Below are positions 6,591-15,014 of a stretch of DNA of 32,000 nt, in pieces. This DNA comes from Rubeoparvulum massiliense. Its GTDB lineage: Bacteria > Bacillota > Bacilli > Rubeoparvulales > Rubeoparvulaceae. The notes beneath the pieces are model-generated. The model was not told the origin of the DNA, made no database searches, and saw only the letters and a list, made by a program, of their open reading frames with translations. Location of the stretch: contig NZ_CVPE01000006.1 in assembly GCF_001049895.1 (NCBI RefSeq), forward strand, positions 176,441 to 208,440, given 5' to 3'. Every line of letters begins with the position of its first letter. Position 1 is the stretch's first letter. Position numbers and translations under genes: made by a program.

Positions 6591-7502
6591 ATGAAAGAGT
6601 ACATGGTGATTCATCCAGAAGTTGCAGCAGCATTAGCAGCTCATCAACCAGTCGTCGCATTAGAGTCAACGATTATTTCCCATGGGATGCCCTATCCCGA
6701 TAATGTGGAGACGGCATTGGCTGTGGAGGAGGTCATCCGTCAGCAGGGTGTTGTTCCTGCTACCATCGCAATCCTACAGGGGAAGATCCATATTGGCTTG
6801 ACGAAGGACGAAATTGAATACTTAGGTAAGGCAACCGGCGTACGCAAGGTGAGCCGTCGCGATTTCCCTGTGGTCTTGGCGAAGGGCTTAGACGGTGCTA
6901 CCACAGTGGCTGCCACCATGATCTGTGCAGAGCGAGCAGGTATTCCTGTCTTCGTTACAGGAGGAATCGGTGGTGTACATCGGGGCGCAGAAACCACCAT
7001 GGATATCTCCGCCGATTTACAAGAGCTAGCTCATACCAATGTGGCAGTAGTCTGTGCAGGGGCCAAGTCCATCCTCGATCTGGGCTTAACCCTAGAATAC
7101 CTAGAAACATTCGGCGTTCCAGTGGTTGGCTATCAAACCGAGGACTTTCCTGCCTTCTTTACACGGAAGAGCGGCTACGGTGTAGATGTAAGCGCAGAGA
7201 ATCCTGAGGATGTGGCAAAAATGATGAAGGCCAAATGGGATCTTCAGCTCCATGGTGGGATGGTCATCGCCAACCCCATTCCGGAAGCAGATGCCATGTC
7301 CAATGAGGAGATGGAAGGGATTATTCAGCAAGCGCTACAGCGTGCTGAAGCCGAAGGGATTAAAGGGAAGCGAGTTACCCCCTTCCTCCTCTCAGAAGTG
7401 AAGGAGGCCACCCATGGGCGGAGCCTCGTGGCCAATATTGCTCTGGTGAAGCATAATGCAGTGGTAGGGGCGGCTATTGCCAAGGCCTATGCGGCTCTCT
7501 AG
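6591..7502 (+). CDS. psuG: Pseudouridine-5'-phosphate glycosidase
   Basis: Strong YeiN/IndA-family signature: [86 protein letters not shown]. Confidence 0.93.
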   Translation: MKEYMVIHPEVAAALAAHQPVVALESTIISHGMPYPDNVETALAVEEVIRQQGVVPATIAILQGKIHIGLTKDEIEYLGKATGVRKVSRRDFPVVLAKGLDGATTVAATMICAERAGIPVFVTGGIGGVHRGAETTMDISADLQELAHTNVAVVCAGAKSILDLGLTLEYLETFGVPVVGYQTEDFPAFFTRKSGYGVDVSAENPEDVAKMMKAKWDLQLHGGMVIANPIPEADAMSNEEMEGIIQQALQRAEAEGIKGKRVTPFLLSEVKEATHGRSLVANIALVKHNAVVGAAIAKAYAAL

Positions 7503-7572
7503 TATGGAGGCAGAGCTGTTCTAGGTGGAGTATGGCTGTTGGTACTTCGATAAAAATCGGATTGATCGAGTT

Positions 7573-7609
7573 AAAAAGGTGGCGGTAAATGGAACCGTCA
7601 CCTTTTTTT
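7573..7609 (+). terminator. Rho-independent terminator after psuG
   Basis: AAAAAGGTGGCGGT-aaatgga-ACCGTCACCTTTTTTT: a 10-bp GC-rich stem with one G-U pair, followed by a T7 run. Confidence 0.8.
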
Positions 7610-7611
7610 CA

Positions 7612-7640
7612 TTGTCAACAAGAGTTATTTGGCGTACAAT
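7612..7640 (+). promoter_or_regulatory. cad operon promoter
   Basis: TTGTCA (7612-7617), a 17-nt spacer, then TACAAT (7635-7640), immediately upstream of and overlapping the operator palindrome. Confidence 0.65.
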
Positions 7641-7665
7641 ACATTCAAACAGACATTTGAATGTA
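7640..7665. promoter_or_regulatory. CadC (ArsR/SmtB) operator, 10-6-10 perfect inverted repeat
   Basis: TACATTCAAA-cagaca-TTTGAATGTA. It has the same TCAAA..N..TTTGA core as the staphylococcal pI258 cad operator as I recall it. It sits between the -10 element and the cadC start. Confidence 0.7.
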
Positions 7666-7669
7666 AGGG

Positions 7670-8038
7670 ATGATGATGATGGTAGCAGATCGCTGTGATA
7701 TCTATCAATTTGATAAAAATAAAGTGGAGCATAGTCAAACAGCATTGGCCCAAATTCCTGCAGAGGGGATGGTGGCCATCTTTAAGGCGTTGGCCGATGC
7801 CACAAGGATGAAGGTAGCCTATGCACTCAGTATTGAAGCGGAGCTCTGCGTCTGTGATGTAGCCAATATTATCGGTGCCTCCACTGCCACGGCCTCTCAT
7901 CATCTGCGCTATCTCTTAAAGCGCCAGGTGGTAAAATTTCGTCGCGATGGGAAGATGGTCTATTACTCCTTAAAGGATGAACATGTGAAGCAGCTCTTAG
8001 AAATCGCCTACCTCCATGCAAAGGAGGAACAACGATGA
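7670..8038 (+). CDS. cadC: ArsR/SmtB-family Cd/Zn/Pb-responsive repressor CadC
   Basis: ELCVCDVANIIGASTATASHHLRYL (the alpha-3 CVC metal site plus the HTH) and an N-terminal Cys (DRCDIYQFD). It is translationally coupled to cadA by an ATGA overlap. The start may be one of four consecutive ATGs at 7670-7681. Confidence 0.9.
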   Translation: MMMMVADRCDIYQFDKNKVEHSQTALAQIPAEGMVAIFKALADATRMKVAYALSIEAELCVCDVANIIGASTATASHHLRYLLKRQVVKFRRDGKMVYYSLKDEHVKQLLEIAYLHAKEEQR

Positions 8039-8115
8039 GCTCAGAAGCGATGAAGCAAGTTTGGCGTGTACAGGGTTACTCCTGAGCAGACTGTGCTGCT
8101 CAGTTTGAGCAGAAT
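8035..8115 (+). other. cadA: Orphaned 5' end of cadA: start codon and N-terminal part of the HMA domain, containing an in-frame TGA (8083-8085)
   Basis: ATG 8035 has AAGGAGG 7 nt upstream and is in frame with the 8116 ORF. The translation is MSSEAMKQVWRVQGYS*ADCAAQFEQN, against the canonical CadA sequence YRVQGFTCANCAGKFEKN. The stop occupies the position of the first Cys of the CxxC motif. Confidence 0.8.
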
Positions 8116-10185
8116 GTGAAGAGGATTCCAGGTGTTGTCGATGCGAAAGTGAACTTTGCTGCAGCGAAAATAACTGTCTGGGGTGAGGTTAGTCGTGAAG
8201 CAGTGGAGGAAGCTGGTGCCTTTGAAAGCTTAAAACTGATGGAGGAGCAGGCCACCTTCACTGACCAGAAGGTTCCTATTTGGAAACGTCCTACCTTCTA
8301 CCAGGTGGTGGGGAGTGGACTCTCGCTCATCCTAGGTTGGTGGACACTGCTTACTGATGTGGAGGAAATCTGGCCTACCTTCTTCTTCGTCTTTACCATT
8401 ATTTTGGGCGGATATGCGCTAATTTGGCGCGGGTTAACGAACCTGACACGCCTCCGCTTTGACATGAGTACATTGATGACGGTTGCTATTCTTGGTGCTG
8501 GTGCATTAGGAGAATGGGGAGAAGGAGCGACCCTCGTCTTTCTCTTTGCCATCAGTGAATGGCTTGAGCGTATCTCCATGGATCAGGCCCGCTCCTCGTT
8601 GCGTAATCTACTGGAGTTGGTGCCACCCGTTGCCCAAGTGATACAAGGAGATGAAGTGATTGCTACCCCTGTTGCGGAAGTGCACCCTGGCGCACGCTTA
8701 TTAGTTCGTCCAGGGGAACAGATTCCCCTAGATGGCATCGTTGTGAAAGGTCTCTCAGCGGTGAATCAAGCGGCCATTACAGGGGAAGCGGTTCCAGAGC
8801 AGAAGCAGCCTGGCGATCCAGTCTATGCTGGTACCTTGAATGGTGATGGCTTGCTCGAGGTAGAAGTGACGAAGGAAGCAGAGGAGAGCACCTTAGCCCA
8901 GGTGATTCAGCTAGTAGAAGAAGCACAGGAGAAGAAGGCACCTGCTCAACAGCTGGTAGATCGCTTTGCCCGCTATTATACCCCCTTGATTATCGCCATC
9001 GCTGGGGCGGTAGCCATTCTGCCTCCACTCTTGGTAGGTCAGGATTGGCAGGCTTGGATCTACCGTGGTCTAGCCATTCTCGTGGTAGGCTGCCCTTGCG
9101 CCTTAGTGATTTCTACACCGGTTGCCATCGTCACAGCTGTTGGCAATGCAGCACGTAATGGTGTACTCATTAAAGGCGGTGCCTATCTTGAAGAGGTGGG
9201 GCGACTCACCACCATCGCCTTCGATAAAACAGGCACCCTAACCCAAGGTAAGCCGCAGGTTACCGATGTGATTCCCCTTGCCGCAGGAGTGGGAGGATCT
9301 GATCTACTTCTCCTTGCCCATCAGCTAGAGGAAGGCTCCAATCATCCATTGGCCACAGCCATTCATCAAGCGGTGGAGGATGGCAAGCTAAAGGGATCCC
9401 CACAACGAGAGCTCATGGAATTTCGAAATCTCCCTGGGAAAGGGATTACCGCCACCATTGCAGGGAAGTCGTACCGCTTGGGACAGAGTAATTGGCTGCT
9501 TTATGAGGAGAAGGTACAATATACGCCTGTCGTGGAGGAATGGATTGAACGCCTTGAGCAGGCAGGCAAAACGGTGATGCTCTTAGCTGATGAGGGGCAG
9601 ATTCTTGGAGTCCTTGCAGCACGTGATGAGCTACGGCCAGAGATCCCCCATGTGGTTCGGACTTTGAAGGAGCTGGGCTTGAAGCATACGGTGATGCTAA
9701 CAGGGGATCATCAACAAACAGCCGTAACCTTGGGAGCTGAAGCAGGCATCGATCAGGTTCAAGCACAGCTCTTACCAGAGGAGAAGCTACGCTATATTGA
9801 GGAACTTGCTCAGCAGGAGCGCGTTGCCATGGTAGGCGATGGCATCAATGATGCGCCGGCGCTGGCTCGCGCCCATGTAGGTATCGCTATGGGTGGCATT
9901 GGTACTGCTGCTGCCATGGAATCGGCACAGATCATTTTGATGGCTGATGATTTACAAAAGCTGCCCTTTACCGTTCGCTTAAGCAGAAGAACCCTGCGGA
10001 TTATTCGCGAGAATATTACAGTGGCGTTGGGATTAAAGCTATTCGCACTCATCTTGATCATCCCAGGTTGGCTGACACTCTGGATGGCCATTTTTGCCGA
10101 TATGGGGGCTACCTTATTGGTGACATTGAATGCATTGCGTCTGCTCCGTGTGAAGAACCACGAAGTGTGCAGAACTGCTGAGTAG
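8116..10185 (+). CDS. cadA: Cd2+/Zn2+/Co2+-translocating P1B-type ATPase CadA (longest uninterrupted ORF; the ancestral start is at 8035)
   Basis: The rest of the HMA domain is present (VKRIPGVVDAKVNFAAAKITVWG). So are the TM metal site VGCPCALVISTP, the phosphorylation site FDKTGTLT, the HP motif (SNHPLA) and the hinge VGDGINDAPALA. Apart from the upstream TGA, the reading frame is intact. Confidence 0.85.
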   Translation: MKRIPGVVDAKVNFAAAKITVWGEVSREAVEEAGAFESLKLMEEQATFTDQKVPIWKRPTFYQVVGSGLSLILGWWTLLTDVEEIWPTFFFVFTIILGGYALIWRGLTNLTRLRFDMSTLMTVAILGAGALGEWGEGATLVFLFAISEWLERISMDQARSSLRNLLELVPPVAQVIQGDEVIATPVAEVHPGARLLVRPGEQIPLDGIVVKGLSAVNQAAITGEAVPEQKQPGDPVYAGTLNGDGLLEVEVTKEAEESTLAQVIQLVEEAQEKKAPAQQLVDRFARYYTPLIIAIAGAVAILPPLLVGQDWQAWIYRGLAILVVGCPCALVISTPVAIVTAVGNAARNGVLIKGGAYLEEVGRLTTIAFDKTGTLTQGKPQVTDVIPLAAGVGGSDLLLLAHQLEEGSNHPLATAIHQAVEDGKLKGSPQRELMEFRNLPGKGITATIAGKSYRLGQSNWLLYEEKVQYTPVVEEWIERLEQAGKTVMLLADEGQILGVLAARDELRPEIPHVVRTLKELGLKHTVMLTGDHQQTAVTLGAEAGIDQVQAQLLPEEKLRYIEELAQQERVAMVGDGINDAPALARAHVGIAMGGIGTAAAMESAQIILMADDLQKLPFTVRLSRRTLRIIRENITVALGLKLFALILIIPGWLTLWMAIFADMGATLLVTLNALRLLRVKNHEVCRTAE

Positions 10186-10223
10186 GAGAAAGTGAAGAAA
10201 CTTCATATCATAAAACAACGAAG

Positions 10224-10264
10224 ACGGCACTGTTTCTCCCTTAAAAATAGAGAAACAGCGCCGT
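10224..10264. terminator. Hairpin between convergent cadA and the DUF378 gene (probable bidirectional terminator)
   Basis: ACGGCACTGTTTCTC-ccttaaaaata-GAGAAACAGCGCCGT: a 15-bp stem with 1 mismatch, followed by TTTAGTTTAT on the plus strand. Confidence 0.6.
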
Positions 10265-10344
10265 TTAGTTTATCTGATCCTACTCTTCGTTATTTTGAAC
10301 ATGGTTGTTTTGAACACGACATCAATGCTACATCATCATGTCTG

Positions 10345-10548
10345 TTATGCTGTTCTCTCAGGTTGGCGATCGCGAAAGAAGAGCGAGATGGCATAGAGGG
10401 CCGAGATACCAACTATTGCATAGATAATCCGACTGATCAATCCCGATTGCCCACCGAAGAGCGCAGCGACTAAATCATATTGAAAGAATCCGATTAAACC
10501 CCAGTTGATTCCACCAATTATAACCATTGCAAGTGCAAATTTTTCCAC
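10345..10548 (-). CDS. DUF378 family small membrane protein
   Basis: (M)EKFALAMVIIGGINWGLIGFFQYDLVAALFGG...IIYAIVGISALY is the DUF378 signature. GTG start with GGGAGG 9 nt upstream. Confidence 0.85.
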   Translation of the reverse strand: MEKFALAMVIIGGINWGLIGFFQYDLVAALFGGQSGLISRIIYAIVGISALYAISLFFRDRQPERTA

Positions 10549-10634
10549 AGTAATGAACCTCCCTTTTTATCAGTACTTAATCTTATTGTGGTACTTTAAA
10601 GGGAGTTTTATACATGGAGTCAACGGAAGTGGTA

Positions 10635-11069
10635 TCATTCCAATTGGACTGGAGTTTTACGAGGATCATCAAGCCAGTAGCGCAGGTAAATGAGATGATC
10701 CGTCGCTTCTTCCAGTAGGATTTCTCCAGATGGTGCGATCCATTGCTCCATCTCACGAAAGGTCTCAACCATATACTCATCGGTCTGGGATTGCTCCACC
10801 ACGACCCAAGAGAATTGCTGTTGTACGGAAGGTGATGGCTGATAGGAAAGCTCACCCTCTAAATATTGGGTAATAGGGATCGTCCGGGCATTATCTACAT
10901 AGGGAAGGTGCCGAATTATTTGGGGGATGGTAAAGGAGCAAAACAGGACGAGACAGCTCATCAGGTAGATGATCAGGAGTTTTTCTAAGGGATGCTTTAG
11001 CGTACCTTGAGAAGCGGTTACTTCATCCATCAAATGATGCTGCTGTTCTTCTAATTGTTCCGGTGACAT
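10635..11069 (-). CDS. Hypothetical single-pass membrane protein
   Basis: 144-aa ORF with a strong RBS (GAGGAGGG 6 nt upstream of the ATG) and one TM segment (LLIIYLMSCLVLFCSF). Family not recognised. Confidence 0.6.
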   Translation of the reverse strand: MSPEQLEEQQHHLMDEVTASQGTLKHPLEKLLIIYLMSCLVLFCSFTIPQIIRHLPYVDNARTIPITQYLEGELSYQPSPSVQQQFSWVVVEQSQTDEYMVETFREMEQWIAPSGEILLEEATDHLIYLRYWLDDPRKTPVQLE

Positions 11070-11172
11070 GCTTATCCCTCCTCGCTACATTGTATGGATT
11101 TGTCCCTTTAATTATGATTAAATGGAATGGAAGTAATACGCATTGGTTGAATGCAGATTGGGAGGAATGAAG

Positions 11173-11694
11173 ATGAGTGTAAGTGAACATAAAAAGGAAG
11201 CACCTACCACGGTTCAATGTGCCATCATCACGGTGAGTGATACAAGAACTGAGGAAACGGATAAAAGCGGACAATTGATCAAAGCTTTATTAAATGAAGC
11301 CGGGCACACCGTAGTGGCGTATCATATCATGAAGGATGATTATGAAGGAATTCAGCGCCTTCTTCAAGAATTGGTACATCATGAGAAGGTGGAAGCCATC
11401 CTTCTCAATGGCGGAACAGGTATTGCACTCCGTGATACTACATATGAGGCGGTAAAAGACCTCTTGGTGAAGGAGTTACCTGGTTTTGGTGAAATCTTCC
11501 GCTACCTTAGCTTTACAGAGGATATTGGAACTGCAGCCATACTTTCCCGAGCCATCGCTGGCGTCTACAACAATCGTGCCATTTTCTCCATGCCTGGTTC
11601 ATCTGGAGCAGTCCGTTTAGCGATGGAGCGCATCATTCTACCAGAACTTGGTCATGTGATGCGGGAGATTAATAAAGACCTAGCTCGTCATTAA
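11173..11694 (+). CDS. moaB: Molybdenum cofactor biosynthesis protein B (MoaB/MogA family)
   Basis: CAIITVSDTRTEETDKSG, ILLNGGTGIALRDTTYEAV, FGEIFR..S, AILSRAIAG..NNRAIFSMPGSSGAV. The ORF is open from 11143, but GGGAGG at about 11160 best serves ATG 11173 (or 11167). Confidence 0.9.
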   Translation: MSVSEHKKEAPTTVQCAIITVSDTRTEETDKSGQLIKALLNEAGHTVVAYHIMKDDYEGIQRLLQELVHHEKVEAILLNGGTGIALRDTTYEAVKDLLVKELPGFGEIFRYLSFTEDIGTAAILSRAIAGVYNNRAIFSMPGSSGAVRLAMERIILPELGHVMREINKDLARH

Positions 11695-11731
11695 GCGGTG
11701 AATTATTTAGTTATGGGGAGGATGTGTTAGC

Positions 11732-12199
11732 TTGCAAAGGAATTCTGCTTTGCTCGGAATCTTTCTAATTGCCCTTGGAGGCTTATTCCTACTGGTTCAA
11801 CTAGGGTTTCAAATTTCCATGGAGTTTGTCTGGCCTTTATTTATTTTAATTCCCGGTATTCTCTTTCATCTAGCCTATTTTGCAGGGTGGATCCGTTCAG
11901 CAGGACTTTTAATTCCTGGAGGGATTTTAACCACCTATGGGATACTGTTCTACTACTGTATTATTTTTGGCTGGGAAACCATGGCATATATGTGGCCCTT
12001 CTTCATCATGGGGGTTGCTATTGGTTTGCTGGAATTCGGTCTTGCTGATCAGCGGCAGCCTGGTGTTCTCATCGCTGCAGGCATTATTGGGATCATTGGC
12101 TTACTCAACTTTTTGATCTCTGTGATGATGGGTGCCTTTAGCTATATTCTTGCTGTATTGTTTATTTTGGTGGGGATCTGGCTACTCATGCGCCGTTAG
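11732..12199 (+). CDS. Hypothetical polytopic membrane protein
   Basis: 155 aa and almost entirely hydrophobic (4-5 TM segments). TTG start with GGGGAGG 10 nt upstream. Family not recognised. Confidence 0.6.
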   Translation: MQRNSALLGIFLIALGGLFLLVQLGFQISMEFVWPLFILIPGILFHLAYFAGWIRSAGLLIPGGILTTYGILFYYCIIFGWETMAYMWPFFIMGVAIGLLEFGLADQRQPGVLIAAGIIGIIGLLNFLISVMMGAFSYILAVLFILVGIWLLMRR

Positions 12200-12374
12200 T
12201 GATCAATTACGTGATGATAAGCATGCTCGTGACAAGATAATCAATATGATGAGAGGCAGCATTCTGCAAAAGGAGTGTTGCCTTTTCTTAACCATCCCAT
12301 TGAACCCCATAATTCGTTTAGTTTAGCCAAGACGAGGCATACTAGATGAAAAGGTTAAGAAAGGATGGTCAACC

Positions 12375-12779
12375 ATGCTTCGACAACGCACTCAACGAGT
12401 TGTAGGTCATTTCATGATAGTCATTCTATTCGCATCTTTGTTATTATGGATACAGGCATTGCCTACTGTGCATGTATCGGCTCAATCATTGGCAGAACAA
12501 AAGAAGACCATTCAGGTGATCCATCACGTACGTAATTCGAATCTCTATTTGGAGTTTCGTACACGGGATGTTCAGCTTACATCACCAGCCCATCGTAATA
12601 CCAAAGGGACTGGTTATATTCAGCTTTACCTTGATGGTCAGCCCTATACGCAAATTTATCGGGCAGCCTATGTATTGAAGCAGCTTCCAAAAGGGGAGCA
12701 TACGGTACAGTTAGAGCTACGCTCCCATGGTCATGAGCCTCTAGGATGGCGTAACCATTTTAAGATCATGGTACCTTGA
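12375..12779 (+). CDS. Hypothetical secreted protein with an N-terminal signal peptide
   Basis: MLRQRTQRVVGHFMIVILFASLLLWIQALPTVHVSA-QS looks like a signal peptide. The mature part is about 95 aa and beta-rich. RBS AAAGGATGG. Confidence 0.6.
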   Translation: MLRQRTQRVVGHFMIVILFASLLLWIQALPTVHVSAQSLAEQKKTIQVIHHVRNSNLYLEFRTRDVQLTSPAHRNTKGTGYIQLYLDGQPYTQIYRAAYVLKQLPKGEHTVQLELRSHGHEPLGWRNHFKIMVP

Positions 12780-12836
12780 AGAATTCTGTAAAAGAATTTC
12801 AAGGTAAAAAATAGAATGGAAGAGGAGGGGACAAGG

Positions 12837-13295
12837 ATGGTAGCTCACAGCATTTATGATACAATCTTCTACGACCGTTCAGTGGAATTGGCGGATATGC
12901 TGGTTAATTCCGCAATCGCCCATGAATATCACGAAGCGAAGCAGGCCCTTGCCCTGGATCAGGTCGCACAGGAAGCGATTCATCGCTTTCAGCATGCCAA
13001 GGAGGAGTACGAGGAAGCGCAACGCTTTGGCAAGTATCATCCCGATTATCAACAGTATCGTCAGACGGTACTAGAGCGGAAGCGGGAGTTGGATCTTCTA
13101 CCAACGGTGGTACAGATGAAGCGAGTGGAGCGAGAACTGGAGCAGCTTCTCTATGAAATTGCTTATCTTCTATCCCGTAGCATCTCAACAACCATTAAGG
13201 TACCGAGCGATGATCCCATTCTCAACCTGCAGGGATCGGCAGGCTGCGGCGGAAGTTGTGCAAGTGGAGGATGTACAACCTGTGGAAATCATTAA
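12837..13295 (+). CDS. ylbF: YlbF/YmcA-family regulatory protein (Com_YlbF) with a Cys-rich C-terminal tail
   Basis: EEYEEAQRFGKYHPDYQQYRQTVLERKRELDL closely parallels B. subtilis YlbF (EQYEDVQRFGKYHPDYREISRKMREIKRELDL). The tail GCGGSCASGGCTTCG resembles SCGGGCGSGGSCGC. ylbG follows, as in B. subtilis. ATG 12837 has GGAGG 8 nt upstream; the ORF is open from 12816. Confidence 0.88.
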   Translation: MVAHSIYDTIFYDRSVELADMLVNSAIAHEYHEAKQALALDQVAQEAIHRFQHAKEEYEEAQRFGKYHPDYQQYRQTVLERKRELDLLPTVVQMKRVERELEQLLYEIAYLLSRSISTTIKVPSDDPILNLQGSAGCGGSCASGGCTTCGNH

Positions 13296-13378
13296 GCAGA
13301 ACATCATTTTCCCTTGCTTAGCTTGGACACCAATGATAAAATCAAATACATCATCGTTTTTCGAGAGAGGTGTTTAGG

Positions 13379-13660
13379 ATGTTTCGAAAACGAATCGGTG
13401 TAGCCGTCTATATTGACCACTTACGATCAGCCAAACGCTTACGTCGCTTCGGACATATTCACTATGTTTCTAAACGTCTTCTCTATGTCGTCATGTATAT
13501 CGACCACGAGACTGCAGAACAGGCCATTGAAGAGCTAAAACAATTACCTTTTGTGAAGGATGTATTGCTCTCACACCGTCATGAAATGACTACTGAATAC
13601 ACGAATCTTCGAGACAAAGCGAAAGAGTATGATTATGGAGTGCTACAATCCAAGGCATAA
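13379..13660 (+). CDS. ylbG: UPF0298/DUF2129 protein YlbG
   Basis: YIDHLRSAKRLRRFGHIHYVSKRLLYVVMYID..........LKQLPFVKDV matches the YlbG pattern (LK.LRKFGNVHYVSKRLKYAVLY...LPFVK.V). ATG 13379 lies 8 nt after GAGG; the ORF is open from GTG 13370. Confidence 0.88.
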   Translation: MFRKRIGVAVYIDHLRSAKRLRRFGHIHYVSKRLLYVVMYIDHETAEQAIEELKQLPFVKDVLLSHRHEMTTEYTNLRDKAKEYDYGVLQSKA

Positions 13661-13688
13661 TCAGGAACGGTCTGTTCCTGATTTTTTG
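13659..13688 (+). terminator. Rho-independent terminator after ylbG
   Basis: AATCAGGAAC-ggtct-GTTCCTGATT followed by TTTTTGTT. Confidence 0.85.
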
Positions 13689-13765
13689 TTAATTTATACT
13701 TAGAGTCCCGAAATATATAAAAACAAAGAGTTTAATGAGCAAATGGGAGCAGGAGGGTCAATTGT

Positions 13766-14974
13766 ATGCCCCAGTGGAGAAGAAATATTTATATTCTTTT
13801 ATTTGCACAGTTTCTTGTCATGAGTTCTATGTCGCTGGTGATGCCATTCCTACCACTCTATATTCAAGAGATGGGAGTAGCCCAAGATAAAGTGGCCTTT
13901 TGGGCAGGGTGGATCTTTGGGATCAACTTTCTCTCTTCTTTCATTGTCTCACCCATCTGGGGTAATCTTGCAGATCGCTATGGTCGGAAGGTGATGGTAC
14001 TACGGTCCGGTTTTGGTATGGCCATTATTACGGGCTTAATGGGTGCTGCTAGCAATGTTTGGCAGCTTCTGATTCTTCGTCTCTTTAATGGGATGATTTC
14101 AGGCTTTATCCCTGCATCCATCGCACTGGTAGCAGCGACGACACCAAAGAGTCAGATCGGGTACGCCATGGGCTTATTACAGGCAGGTGGCGTAGCAGGG
14201 AGTATTCTCGGTCCTTTTATTGGTGGTGTACTGGCCACATGGATTGGCTTCCGTGAGATCTTCTATATCACAGGCTTTTTGCTCTTTATGGCTGCTTTAC
14301 TGGTACTTTTCTTAGTGAAAGAGGAGAATAAGCCTAATCCGAAGGATCATCCCCGTGGGCAATTTATTCAGAATTACAAACGGGTGCTACAAACCCCATA
14401 TATTTTACCGCTCTTTTTCATCGGTTTCATGATTCAATTTGCCACCTTGCTCAGTCTACCCCTGATCTCCCTCTATGTTCAGGAGCTGATGCCTACCAGT
14501 GACAAGATTGAATTATTTGCTGGAATTACCGCAGCAGTGATGGGTTTCTCCAATATGCTATTTGCCCCGATTCTTGGGCGCTGGGGAGACCGCCATGGCT
14601 CACAGAAGATCTTATTCTATTCTGTGCTTGGTGCAGCAGTGGCCTTTATTCCTCATGCCTTTGTAGTGAATATCTGGCAACTTCTTATCTTGCGTTTCCT
14701 CTTAGGAATGTGTGTGGGCGGCTTACTGCCTTCTCTTAATAGTCTGGTCAAAAAATATGCCAATAAGGATCTGGAGAGCTTGACCTATGGCTTTAGCAAT
14801 AGCTCTGTGGCATTGGGGAACTTTCTAGGACCGATTATCGGGGGATACCTTGTAGGCTTGATAAGCCTGCGTGGACTCTTTATCATGGCTTCCATACTGC
14901 TCTTCATTACCTGGTTATGGATGAAGAGGATGTTTGCGAGGGAAGACACCCATGAGATGTTGAATAATTTGTAA
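13766..14974 (+). CDS. MFS transporter, DHA1/MdtG-like multidrug efflux family
   Basis: 12-TM profile. SLVMPFLPLYIQEMGV...SPIWGNLADRYGRKVMVLRSGFG (MFS motif A) is collinear with E. coli MdtG over the N-terminal half. Confidence 0.88.
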   Translation: MPQWRRNIYILLFAQFLVMSSMSLVMPFLPLYIQEMGVAQDKVAFWAGWIFGINFLSSFIVSPIWGNLADRYGRKVMVLRSGFGMAIITGLMGAASNVWQLLILRLFNGMISGFIPASIALVAATTPKSQIGYAMGLLQAGGVAGSILGPFIGGVLATWIGFREIFYITGFLLFMAALLVLFLVKEENKPNPKDHPRGQFIQNYKRVLQTPYILPLFFIGFMIQFATLLSLPLISLYVQELMPTSDKIELFAGITAAVMGFSNMLFAPILGRWGDRHGSQKILFYSVLGAAVAFIPHAFVVNIWQLLILRFLLGMCVGGLLPSLNSLVKKYANKDLESLTYGFSNSSVALGNFLGPIIGGYLVGLISLRGLFIMASILLFITWLWMKRMFAREDTHEMLNNL

Positions 14975-15014
14975 CAATTGCTTTACGATTATTCTGTCTT
15001 TGTTAAATTCTGTC

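Noticed and set aside
8083-8085. TGA read as Trp (genetic code 4)
   Set aside because: Other genes in the window clearly terminate at TGA, for example cadC at 8036-8038. The synteny and gene content are those of a Bacillales-type genome using code 11.
10192-10473. 93-aa plus-strand ORF after cadA
   Set aside because: It spans the terminator hairpin and runs antisense through the well-supported DUF378 gene. It has no RBS.
10583-10855. 90-aa minus-strand ORF and the 62-aa plus-strand ORF at 10505-10693
   Set aside because: The 90-aa ORF is an alternative frame of the 10635-11069 gene. The 62-aa ORF runs antisense across the DUF378 start, the leader and the 3' end of that gene. Neither has translation signals.
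11070-11172. Checked for a Moco riboswitch upstream of moaB
   Set aside because: The ~100-nt divergent intergenic region shows none of the conserved Moco-motif helices, and it is too short once the promoters are accounted for.
12255-12289. Weak hairpin GGCAGCA-(14 nt)-TGTTGCC + TTTTCTT after the 11732-12199 membrane protein gene
   Set aside because: It may be a terminator, but the stem is only 7 bp with a mismatch and a large loop. That is not strong enough to list as a feature.
12775-12815. Imperfect palindrome CCTTGAAGAATTCT..AGAATTTCAAGG after the 12375-12779 gene, considered as a terminator
   Set aside because: The stem is interrupted and is followed by an A-run rather than a T-run on the coding strand. 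It is not convincing as an intrinsic terminator.
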